Of a DNA stretch of 64,000 nucleotides, positions 50,314-62,989 are shown one piece after another (positions within the stretch are counted from its first letter, which is position 1; every line of letters starts with the position of its first letter). The position numbers and the translations under genes were made by a program. This DNA is from Adineta vaga (Eukaryota; Animalia; Rotifera). The stretch is taken from NCBI GenBank assembly GCA_021613535.1, contig CP075493.1, positions 13,020,001 through 13,084,000 of the forward strand, written 5' to 3'. The notes under the pieces are model-generated. The model did no database searches and was not told the origin of the DNA. It saw nothing but the letters and a program-made list of their open reading frames with translations.

Positions 50314-53300
50314 TTATCCTGAATTAACATAATATTCATAAACTGTATATAAAAACTGTATAAATGTTTGAAAAATAGAATTTGTTAATCTATTCTTCGT
50401 TTTTATAATATTGCTTTGATAATTTTCAATAAGTAAAGCATTTGGTATCGACATTCGTGATTCAGAGTCATAAGCAATTTGATAATAAAGCAAAGCATTT
50501 TCATAATTACTCATTTTATAAAATGTATTCGCAATTGTGTTGTATGTAAGAGAATTATATTGTCTATCATTCGAAAAACTATCAGAAGACGTACTATTTG
50601 GATTTTTTCTGTAATAAATTTGATCAATATTATCATAAACTTCTGTAAGTTCTCTTTTGTTTACCGTTAATTGTTTTAATCCTATCTCTAGAGCTTTTTC
50701 AAAATTTTCTAGCGCTTGATCACAATTATCCATCATAGCATACATTTCTCCTAAATCGTTATGTAATGATATAAGCTGAAGATCATCAGACGATAAATAT
50801 TTACATACAGCTTGTCGTGCCGTATCATTCATGTTTAATGCGACATCGAATTGGTTTAATTTGAAATACAGAAAACTTAAATTTTGATAGATCATGATTA
50901 TCTCGAAAGCATTTGAAGTTGGTGATATTAAACGAATTTCAAGTTCTTTATGATAATATTCCGCAGCGTGACTATATTCATTTTGAATTTTATAAGTAGC
51001 TGCAATGTTGTTATATGTAATAACAAGATTAGGATGATTTGATGGAAGTGTTCTTTGTTCAAGGTTTAGTGTTCGTTGAAAATTCGTTAGAGCCATAGCA
51101 TATTCTGATTGTTGAAAATAAATCATCCCTAAGTTGTTATAACTTTTAGTCAGTTCAATATGATTATCAGATTGTAATGTCTCCATGATTTCAACTTTAT
51201 TTAAATATGCTTCTATTGCTTTATCGATGTGACCTTTTGAAAGGTGTATTTCACCTAAAATATCATAAGCAGCGGCAAGCACGCCGTGCATGTTTAAACA
51301 TACTTGAAAAACTTTATTTACATTGGAAAATGCTAATTCAAGTTTGCCTTGTCTTAGATAAACACCAGCAATGTTATTATAAGATACAGCTAGGTCATTC
51401 GATTGAGAAGAAGAACATTGAAGTAGTATTTCTAACGCTTTATTATAGAAAATTAGTGCTTGACTGAAATCTTCTTGTTGACAAAATATAAATCCCATAT
51501 TATTGTATGTTTTAGCAATTTGAACAACATTCATTGGTATACATTTTTGTTGAATATTAAGTACTTTTGTAAAGATGTTCATTGCATTATTGTATTCATG
51601 AATTTCACGATAGGTAGTACCAATATTATTATATGTATTGATTAAATTCATATGATTGTCGTCCACAGATTTCATCTGTATTTTAAGACATGTGTAAAAA
51701 CATTCTAGTGCTTTTGAATAATTCTTTTGATGAAAATACGTCGATGCCATGTTCTCATAAGTTGTTGTGAGATTGAGAGAACCGGATGGTGATAAATTTG
51801 ATTGTATTTCGATAGCGTTTTCATAATTCTTCAGTGCCTTTTGATAATTTCTTTGTCTATGGTAGTTTTCACCTATGCATGCATATAGTTTGCCAAGTTC
51901 AGTCTTATTCTGTAGTTCTACTTGTATGTCTAATGATGATAAGAAGTTCTTTGTTGATTCAGCATAATTACCCTGTTTAGAAAATACAAATCCTATACAA
52001 TAGTATAGCTGTGCTACCTCAGCACTCACTACAGGATGTGTTTTCAATTGAATCTGAAGAGTTTGTTCATAATTATGAATTGCTTCTTGATAATTATCGA
52101 GTCTAAAATGTGTTTCTGCTAGATTCGAATACGTTAATACAAGTTTATGATGATCTTTATTCGGAAGTGTCAGCATAATTGCCAGTGTTGCTTGAAAAGA
52201 GTTCAATGCTTCGCATTTCATCTCTAATTTTGAACGAAATATTCCCATATTAAAATGAGTTGTAGCTAAATCCGGATGATTAGAAGGAAGTGATTCCTTT
52301 TGTATCTGAAGTACTTTTTCCATATAATCAAGCGCTTTAAGATAATTTTTCGTCACCATAAACAACTGCAATAGAATTGTATGACGCTGCAAGATCTGGA
52401 TGATTAGGTGAAAGTGATTTTGATCGTAATTCTAATGCTTGTTCAAAATAATTTACTGCTTTATCATAATTATTTATTTTGTAATAAAGATCTCCTAAGT
52501 TATAATAGATTGCTCCAGTATTTGGGTGATCCTTGTCAAATACATCCAAAAATATCATCAAAGCTTTTTCATAATATTCTATTGCTTCCTTGTAATTATT
52601 TAGATTAACATGAAGTAAAGCAATATTATTGTATGTTGTTGCAATTTTAATATGATTATATGGTAATGTTTTTAACTCAATTTCAAGTGCTTTATTATAA
52701 TTAACTAATGCTTCAGCGTTAGAACCGAGTTGACTGTTAACCAAAGCAATATTATTGTATGTCGCAGCAAGATTAGTATGTAGAGCAGGTAATGATTTGG
52801 ATTCAATCTTAAGTACTGTGTTATAATTTTCTAGTGAAGTTTGATAGTGTCCTTTATGCTTGTATGCCATGGCGATGTTATTATATGTCGAACCCATAAA
52901 AAGATCATCTGGTGATACATAGATTAGTTTAATATCACGCGCTTTTTCAAGATTTGCAATTGCTTCCTCATATTTACCGATTCTATCATTGAACAATCCG
53001 ATTGAATCGTGAACATAAGCAAGGTTAGGATGAGGATTTGGATTTAAATTTAATGCCATAGACAATGCTTTTTCGTAATATTCAGATGCTATTTTATAAT
53101 TACCTTTATTGCTATAGACATCTCCAATATTGCGGTACACAACCGATATATCGTCATTGTTATTTGATGATAATAAGTGTTCCAATAAAATTTTATTGTA
53201 TTTTTCGGCTCTATCATATTCGCCCATATAAAATAGAACGTTACCAAGATGCATGAGCGTTGGTGTTTCACCGATTTCTTCTTTAAAACTATCCGTTAGT

Positions 53301-54532
53301 TCTTTTAATTCCGCATTTTCTTCATTCCGTAATGTTAACTCTACAGACCATAGTTCACCAGTAACTTCTTCAACGTTTTCTATTCGAAATATTGTGCCGA
53401 TTGTAAATAGTACTTCTTCTTCATCCGGAATGATACCAAAATCTTTAACATTAGCAAATGGTTGATTATTGGTAGTCAGATCAATTGTGATTGTAAAGAT
53501 CACACCTAAATAATCACAAGGTCCAGTCTGGGTAAACGAAGAAGCGGTTATGTACGATGTACTAGTGGAAAAAAATGTATTCACTGAAATGTATGCATTT
53601 TGATTATCTTCTATTGCTTTTATGTCCTCAATAGACATACGTTGTCCACGATATACAATCATTTCATTAGTCTCTGCTGATTGAATATATTGTTGATGTA
53701 ATTTTTCCAATTGAAAGTGAAGGTCTGTAATATAAAATCGAAATTTGTAAATAAGATCAAAATTTTCTGTCCGAAGAGCTCGATTCAATAAACGATAGAG
53801 AAATGTATCTTGACTGTACCATGCTATTGCTTTATTAGGATCATATTTATCCGAGAAATCTTCAATTTGTTTCGTAAATTGTGCACTATTTGCATATTGC
53901 TTTCGACATAAGTTAATCATTTCAGCTTTAGTATTATCTTCATGTCTCATATGAATTAAAATTTTGAATAATAATTGAAACCACATAAATGAAACACTTT
54001 CTTTATCCATATATTTAATTGAACGTTGTTTAGCATCTTCACTCAATAAACTCATGGGTAAAAAGTGTCTCAATTGTATTTGAACATCTGACGTTAATTT
54101 TGAGAAGAGTGCATCTTTTTCTGTAAAAACATCTTGAACTTTAGGTTTGTAGGTATTGGACCAAAGATCATGCTTGATTTTATCATAGCAAAAGATATAA
54201 ATCGATATGATTTTCGATAAATGGTAGATTTTAGGTACAAGATTTTCACCAAAGTCACCAGAAACGATTAAAAAGATTTTTTCTTCTGCCGTACTGGAAT
54301 TTACATAATACATACATTTATCGATGGTATCAAAAGTTATTAAAGAATTAGTTATAGAACGTAATTTGTTAGCCATATCCAAACAGTCATCTGTTTTGTT
54401 AATACAGGAATCCACCCATACAACTGACAATTCTTCTACGTTTTCGTTATTATCGAAATTAAATTTATTTGTTTCGGGAAAAGTCGATTCTCGAATATAA
54501 GTTTCCGAAGTAGTCGTTGGGGGATCAACCAT
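50314..54532 (-). CDS. Receiver-like domain + mono-ADP-ribosyltransferase + long ~42-aa TPR array (~1,400 aa), split by one frameshift at 52346-52350
   Basis: ORFs 52337-54562 and 50314-52392 overlap and continue the same TPR. N-terminal VVWVD..IFLIVSG..IYIFC; ART motifs VYRGQ, FFSTS, DEEEVLF; roughly 20 TPRs of the type HPDLAASYNSIAxxY...Y.KAL..Y.KAL.I. Likely start ATG 54532. Confidence 0.88.
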
Positions 54533-55799
54533 CGTAATGAGGATGTGAGGAAATATATTCAATAGTTGCGTTATTGATACAAGTGAAACGATCAGCTAGC
54601 TCGATGACTAATCTTCAATTAATCTTAATTCTGAAATAAAAAAATATTATCATACAAGCCATCATTACAATAGCATAATGAGGTGTGGGCATGAGTGAGG
54701 GCGATGAGGGCGAGGGCAACAATGGGAGTGCTACGAAGAGGTTTCAACCGAGATAGTTTATTTGAAACTTGAAAGCTATTTTCAATTGAATTCAAGTTTC
54801 AATTTAAACACTAATCTTCCTACTTACTATATAACGTGAAAATCTACTTTTTCATATATCAACCATCCTTTCAGTGTGGATTTTATTGATAATGAAAATA
54901 ACAGTGTGTGTAATAGATTTCTTTTTTATTCTTATCATACACTGTCAATAAAGGAGCTACTATCGTTGTTGGAAAAAGAATGAAAACATACTGAAGAAAA
55001 TGTCTAAGGAACAAATAAAATACATGATATTCTTGATTATTATTTATTGCGTATTAGTCATAAAATGCATCTTTCTCTCTCATATATGCTGCGCGACTTA
55101 AATTTACCGAACATGAATCTTTCATCAGTACCTATATCAGCTCCTGACCTGGGTTAAAAACATAAAAATTTAATTTATACTGAATGGAGTCATTCTATAA
55201 TAGAAGTAAACAGTCTGCATCAGAGGTTATAGAAAAACTTGTGTTTCAACTAAAATTAATCAAAATAGTTATACCGAAAATGATATTGTTCTAAAATCGA
55301 TTACAATATATTTTATCGCATCGACTGCGGATGTCGGACATTTTTGGTAACAAAAGAAACGGTAAGCTTTTTATCATCAACATATTTTTTAAAATAGATT
55401 GGAATTTATCTTCCTTTGTTTGACATTACCTAGTAGGATAACTGTTTGTACATTATATAATATGCGTTACTAATTAAAACAGTTGTTTATTTATTTCTTT
55501 ATACTACGTACAACTGTACAATTTTTACATTTTTTTTCTATCTTTTCATCGTAGCAATAATATGATAACAAAGTAGATCTTTTCAAATGTAGAAAATGTT
55601 TGTTTAAGGGCCAAAACAAATTATCATAGCTTTTTATGTTACAGAATTGAGCATTTAGAAATGATTTTTTAAGCATATGTTGATTAACCCAAATCTTTTT
55701 CTCTATCTAGTGAATATATTTATTATATAAATGACATTCTTCTTCTCAAAAATCTTCATTACATATACAGAAATATTCAACTGACTGCAATTATCTATC

Positions 55800-56645
55800 A
55801 TGCTGATCTTTAATGAAATTTTTGACGATATTATAGTTCAACCACTCTATCCGCCACGACCTATTCAATCAACTGTTTGACTATTTCTGATGATTATCTC
55901 TATATCATGTCTCATTTTTAATCTTTATCATCTGTTAGCAGATCGAATACAATATAAAATTCTCAATAATCATGTACTTATACTTTTACTCTTGTATAAC
56001 TTCATACAAATTCTAACCGACATACCTGCACACATTGCTTATTAATATATCGGTATTATTTGGCCGTCAATGTGTCCACTATTGCATATTTTGTCGATTA
56101 TTATCTATTTACCACTTGTTTTATACTATTAACATGGAGTTCATTGGAACGACATATTCTCATTTTTCATTCTCAATGGTATAATACAAATTTTAATCGT
56201 TATATCAGTCGTTATATTCATTTAGGATTGTGTTGTATCTATCCATTGACATATTATCCATGTAAGAATTCATATGATATAACTCTCCTGTTTCATGTAC
56301 TTGCAAAGAAACGACACATGCATCAACAACTGACATGAAAAAAAATGGCAAGATGGCAATTCAATTATTTAATATTTATTGTTTATATGACGTACCTAAT
56401 GGTAGATAGTTCGCAATTCAAATCGGTCAATATCTAGCTGATGATATAGTTTTGGTCAAAGTGCGACTGTTTGGCTCAATCCATTATCGTTTAGTATGTC
56501 ACTATTCATATTATTCGTATGTTTAGGTAGTGTAGAAGGCATTAAAGAAAAGTTTAAAAGACTTCTAGCACGTCGATATAATGCTGTGATAAGTTCGTCG
56601 AATACTATCACATTAAGAGCGATCGGAATTCGTCTAGCAATGGTA
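55800..56645 (+). pseudogene. Decayed orphan GPCR
   Basis: Pieces 'ISCLIFNLYHLLADR...LNNHVLILLL..FIQILTDIP' and 'DYYLFTTCFILLTWSSLERHILIFH' with in-frame stops and frameshifts. Confidence 0.75.
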
Positions 56646-57022
56646 TAAATGTCAGGTTTAGCGTCAATTCTGACGACTTTAATGATTGCTCTATAGTAAG
56701 AAAATAAGTATATGTGCTACTGATCATATAGGACGATTCTAGTTGATCAGTGAAAGTGTTGAAGGTATCAAGAATGGCAAAGTAATTTCAATTCAAACTT
56801 TTACATTCAATCGAAAGAAAATATATGATTTCATTCTTCCGAGTTTCGTCTTTCGCTGAATCTCTTATGAAAACATAAAAGTGATTGAAGTAATGTATTC
56901 TGTTTTTTTCTTAGTCAACTTTATTTACATAACAGAACGAAAAAAGAAGAAAAACCTCTTCTTCAAACATCTGCTCATATTCAAAAAAAACAATAACAAT
57001 TTTTATAAATCTGAATTAATCG

Positions 57023-58730
57023 ATGGCTGCTGCTGCTGCTGCTACTACTACTACAAAAACTATTCCTCACCGTTTTTTTGATGCTGACGAAGAACCTACT
57101 GAGAATTTAGCACCGATCAAAGGCTATGAAAACTCACCCCTTGTCTCATTAAAAGAAGCCGTTAAACCAATTAAATCCTTACTTCCTGATCTTGATTCAA
57201 TGGTCGAAATAGCACTACGTAATTGTCGAGAACCAAAAGATGGATTAACACAAGATGAATCTGCTTCAATTCATATATATACAATGCAATGGCCTGAACC
57301 TCATCCAAGTTTATTCACATTACTTAATCGAAATCTTCGATTAAAAACTCGAGTTTCATTAACATCGTGGTTTCTTTTTCTCAAACTTTTATTTACTGCA
57401 TTATATAAACTACCTTCCTTTGAAGGAATAGTTTGGCGTGGTGTTCGAGGAGATTTAAGTAAATATTATAAAGCAAACGATCATATTTGGTGGGGTTTTA
57501 GTTCATGTACTGAAAAGTTGGAGATCATAGAAACATTTATGCATTCAAAAACGAAGCGAACCGTTTTCAATATTGAATGTAAAACTGGAAAATATATTCG
57601 TTCTCATTCACATTTTCAAGATGAAAATGAAATTCTTCTTCTTCCTGGAACTTACTTTCGAGCTATTGGTAAAATAGAGATTGCAAGAGGAGTATCGCTT
57701 ATTCATTTACGAGAAAGCAATCCTCCTTATATGACAATTGCTTTGCCTTTCAATGATTTAACTGATTCAAATCGTAAGTTCTTTTTCATTCTTTCTTAAA
57801 AAATTCGTCGTCTTCTTCTTCTTCTTCTGTCTCAAAGGATCTAAATTTAAACAAGAATGCACTATTGTTGCTGGAGGAACTGTACCTGGAAAAAAACAAA
57901 ATCCACTCAGTTTCCCCGATGGAATCTTTATTGATGAAAAGAAAACAATCTTTATTGTCGATAGAGGAAATAATCGTGTTGTTCAATGGAAATGGAATGC
58001 AAAAGACGGAGAAACCATTGCTGGTGGAAATGGAAAAGGAAATAAATTAGATCAATTGAATTATCCAATTGATGTAACTGTTGATAATCAAAATTATTCC
58101 ATCATCATTTCTGATCGAGATAACAGTCGAGTAATTCGGTGGTTAAATGATGAAAGACAGGACATTCTCATCGAAAATATTAAGTGTTGTGGTTTAACCA
58201 TAGATAGAAAAGGCTTTCTTTATACATCTGATTCTGACAAACATGAAGTGAGACGATGGAGACTTGAAGAAATGAATAAAGGAAGTGCATTAATGGCAGG
58301 TGGTAATGGCAAAGGAAATCAACTTAATCAACTTGATTATCCGACTTTTATATTTGTTGACGAAGAGCAATCGATTTATATTTCAGATTGTGGAAATCAT
58401 CGTGTAATGAAATGGAAGAAAAATACTAAAGAAGGCATTGTTATCGCTGGAGGAAATGGTCAAGGAAACCATCTCAATCAATTCTCATTTCCGGCAGGAG
58501 TCATTGTTGATCAGTTGGGTCAAATCTATGTGTCTGATTTGGGAAATGATCGAGTCATGCAATGGCGTGAAGGAGATCAAGAAGGTTCAGTTGTTGCTGG
58601 TGGAAGAGAAAGAGGAAATCAATTGGATCAACTATTTCATCCTCGTGGTTTATCATTTGACTTGGACGGAAATCTCTATGTTTCAGATCGAGGAAATCAT
58701 CGGGTTGTTCAGTTTGAAAAATTGCAGTAA
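57023..58730 (+). CDS. Mono-ADP-ribosyltransferase - NHL beta-propeller fusion (2 exons, 547 aa)
   Basis: Exon 57023-57773 is the ART (ASIHIYT, LNRNLR, VWRGV, WWGFSSCT, QDENEILLLPG). GT-AG intron 57774-57837 joins in frame (C|GA) to exon 57838-58730 (SKFKQECTIVAGG.. continuing into ORF 58056-58730 NHL repeats). Confidence 0.9.
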
Positions 58731-60055
58731 ATAAACTTTGTATGAAATAAACGGAAGACCATCTTGAGGGTGAGTGAGCATATGAATGAGTAGATTTGTC
58801 ACATCCTCAATATTAATATTATAGTTGAAAATATCCAAAGTCTTTCAAGCGAATTTAGCATATCTTTTCGAAAGTAACTTTTCATCAATTAAGCTTGAAT
58901 AACCATATTTGGAATTGGTGACTGTATTGTTAAAACTTATAGAATTATTACGAAGAGAATAATCTGATATATTTCTTTCGTTTGTAATATTTCAGAATGA
59001 TTATATACATTATTTATCTTACAACAACATTTCCAATGAATTCTCGATTCTTATCAAGAAAAAGAAAAGAAAATGCTTTCATCAAGTGTAAACCAACGTG
59101 ATCCATTGTACGACTCAATTCTAATAACGATAAAGTGGATAGAAATGATTTGTAAGTCATTTCCATACGTAAAATATGATACTATTCGGTCTTAAAGATA
59201 AATAAACATTTTGTAAGATTCGAAAAGTATTTTGAATATGTTTCAAGACATTGATGGTGAGCACAGTGCCAAGGTTATTAGCATATGAGTGCGTTTCTTC
59301 CGAGGGTTTACTAATAATTCTTGTCCGAATATCTGCAAAACCTTTCAACATGCCATTTTTGTATGAACAGTGACGTAGTGGTGTCATATATTCCTCAGCA
59401 TTCGGATCCCAGAGGGTCAAACTTCGTATTTTCACTTGCTTTGTCTTTAAACGAAAAATCGACAAGACTTGAGTAAATGGTTCACAGCTTACTTCAATCA
59501 TATCATCTAATTCTTCAGGCATCATTCTATAATCATCAGTAGAATCAATATGAACTTAATTAAGAGATTGAAAAATGTGCAGTTTTGACTTTCGATGTGG
59601 ACCATCTAAACGTTTTTAATCGTATAGAAATTATAATAAAAATTCGAGGATGACAATCTATTTTTTATATATTTGATCAATTCACACTCACTCTCATCTA
59701 CTGTTTGCTTTCATGATTCTGCATATGTTACACAATTATGAAAAAAGTCGTTTATTATATAGAATATGTTAATTGGGTAATGCGAAATTCTCTTTTATTA
59801 TCGAACGAAACATCTCATATCTTCTAGTTGCTTAATGAATCAATTTTGAATAACATTTATTGTACTCATCAAAGACAAATGTCATTCTTTGTGTTTGTTC
59901 TTTGCGATATTATACTATAACTTTTTGATAAAAATCATCATCTTTGAAAGGAATTTATCAATGAGAAAATGTCATTATGTTTGATCTTTCTCAATGATGA
60001 TAATAATGAAGATAGATCGTAAAAGGTTTACATAGTGAAAAATCAAATAAAAACT

Positions 60056-62892
60056 ATGGCTGCTATCATTGGAACAGCATTACATTGGTCGGATATATTA
60101 GTTTTATTACTCTATTTTTTGCTCATTCTTGGCTTTGGAGTTTGGGTATGAGAGATACAACAGAAATATAGTTCACTTATTTATTTGAATATCTTTTAGA
60201 GTTCATGCAAAAATCGTGGCAGTGTCGGTAAGATAATGTTCTGCTATTTTATTTTATTTATGAATAATTTATCTTCATTCAGGTGGATATTTTCTTGCTG
60301 GCCGTTCGATGCATTTTATACCAGTAAAAAATTTCAGATAATTTGTCTTAATTTCATTAAATTGTTTAGGTGGGTGCATCGTTATTTGCATCGAACATCG
60401 GCAGTGGTCATTTCATCGGTCTCACCGGATCGGGTGCATCAAGCGGCATCGCTGTTGCTGGCTTTGAGATCACTGTAAGAATAAAAACTAAATATTTTTC
60501 AATAAAAACATCTTCTGTAAGCACAGGCAGTATTTTGGCTTATGGTACTTGGTTGGTTATTCGTTCCAATTTATATGAAAGCAGAAGTCTTTACAATGCC
60601 ACAATATATTAAAATGCGTTACGGTGGTGAACGTATTCGTGTTTATTTAACATGTCTTGCATTAATGTTATCAATCTTTACAAAAATATCTGTTGATCTT
60701 TATTCCGGTGCTGTTTTCCTTCAACAAGCTTTAAATTGGAATTTATATGGTTCAGTCATTGCTCTAATCCTTCTTGCTGCATTTTTCACTGTTGGTGGTA
60801 AATATAAAGAAGAAGAGGAAGAAAATAAAGGAATATTTCATTATTATAATAATAAATGTTTTAATCTAGGTGGTTTAACGGCAGTTATTTGGACGGATTT
60901 TATTCAAACTGTAATTATGGTTATATCAGCTTTTATTCTTATGATTATCAGTATGTTATCTATAGGAAATCAAAATAAAAGATTGAATTAATTGTAAAAA
61001 ATAGGTTTTCTCAGAGTTGGTGGAATGCAACAGATTCGAAATTTATTTCCATATGCAATTGCATCATCAACATTATATAATACTACGGAATGTGGTGTAC
61101 CAAGTGATTATTATATGTCATTAGTTCGTCCATTTGATGCTGATTTACCATGGTTCGGTATACTTTTTGGAAATGGAGTTGCTTCTATTTGGTATTGGAG
61201 TTGTGATCAGGTATATACGAATTGAGAAAAGAAATATTTTATTTCCATTCTTCTCTAGGTAATTGTACAACGAACTCTAGCAGCAAAAAATCTTACACAC
61301 GCCAGAGCAGGATGTCTTGTAGCAGGATTATTGAAATTTTTACCATTATTTCTAATGGTATTTCCTGGTAAGTCTATTATCTATTTGAATAAAATATAAA
61401 ATTTATTTATCATTCATACAGGAATGATTGCAAGAATTCTTTATCCAGGTATGAACATGTTCTTAACTACATATATATATATGAACGATCTTTTATAACA
61501 GATGAAATTGGTTGTGCTGATGCTGACGTATGCTATCAAGTTTGTCATAGTCGAAATGGTTGTAATGATATTGCATATCCACTACTTGTACTTCGATTAA
61601 TGCCCAATGGTAAATTTTTGATTTGTTTTTAATTCATTTTTGTTCGTTTTGTTTTCAGCAATTCGTGGTTTAACATTAGCGTGTATGATTGCAGCTCTAA
61701 TGTCTTCTTTAACTTCAATTTTTAATTCGAGTTCAACCATTTTCACAATTGATATTTGGCAACGTTTTCGTCGCAATGCACATGATTGGGAATTGATGAT
61801 TGTTGGCAGGTAACTCAAGAGATGATTGTCTCAAGAAATATCTAAAATCAATTTGTTTTGAAGAGTTTTTGTGATGATTCTTGTGGGTATATCGATTCTT
61901 TGGATTCCAATTATTCGTGCTGCTCAAGGTGCAAGATTATTCGATTATATTCAAGCTGTTCAATCATTCTTAGCACCACCAGTGGCTGCTTGTTATTTAC
62001 TCGGAGTTTTATGGAAACGTATCAATGAAGAAGTAACGAATGTATTAAGAAAAATAATTTTTCTTTCAAGTGAAATTTTAGGGAGCATTTTGGGGTTTAA
62101 TATCTGGTTTATGTATTGGAATAATTCGATTTATTTGGGAATATTCTTATACTGCCATGCCTTGTCAACTCGAACATTTAGATAAACGTCCGTCAGTAGT
62201 TCGATTTAATTTTCTATATTTTTCCGTTCTTCTTTTTGTAATCTCATCGATTGTGACCATTGTTGTTAGTCTCTTGACTAAACCACTTGCCGAGAAATAT
62301 GTAAGTGATTATTCATTTTCTCGAAAGAGAGAATGTAGTTGCTGATATATTTAGATATCGGGTTTAACTGCCTTTGATCTTGATAACCCAGAGAAACCAA
62401 TTGAAATTCCTACTAAATCTGGATGTATGCATAAAGCAAATGCATATTATGATGAAGAACAACAACAACAAAAGCCTTATTCTTTCGAGAATTCATCTTT
62501 TCATCATATTGAACAACCTCCGACTGAAACTGAGAAAAAAGCTTTGCATTTTTTTGATACAGGTATCAACATTGGATCAATTTTTTTTCTTTGAAATCAG
62601 AACAAAATGTTTTTCTTTCCTCTTAGATAATTCTACCGGATTGGCTTTTTATTTGAAAACTGCCTTTGCTTGGATTTGTGGTTTAGAAAAAACTGATAAT
62701 CTCGATGGTCAATCCATCTGTTCGGAAAATCATTCATCGGATAAAACAAGTCATCGACGAAGTATTACTTCAATTCGTGATAATCATATTTCATCCTGGC
62801 ACAAACAATGTTCTTATGCAGCGATTTTCATTCTTTCTTTATGTGCTTTTGTTTGGGCTTTTTTCACTGATTATCGCATACGATTAATTTAG
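60056..62892 (+). CDS. SLC5 sodium/glucose (solute) cotransporter, multi-exon
   Basis: Spliced motifs [114 protein letters not shown]. Confidence 0.92.
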
Positions 62893-62989
62893 AAATAGTA
62901 CCAATCTGAAAAATGAGAATTAGTGATCCTAGAATAAACTTATATTTATCATATATACATATCTCATATATGACCACTTCAAATTTGTT

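Noticed and set aside
59157-59525. 122-aa minus-strand ORF
   Set aside because: No recognisable domain or gene signals; cannot be called either way.
5224-62887. Numerous 60-135 aa ORFs antisense or out of frame within long genes
   Set aside because: Expected shadows of real coding sequence; no independent motifs.
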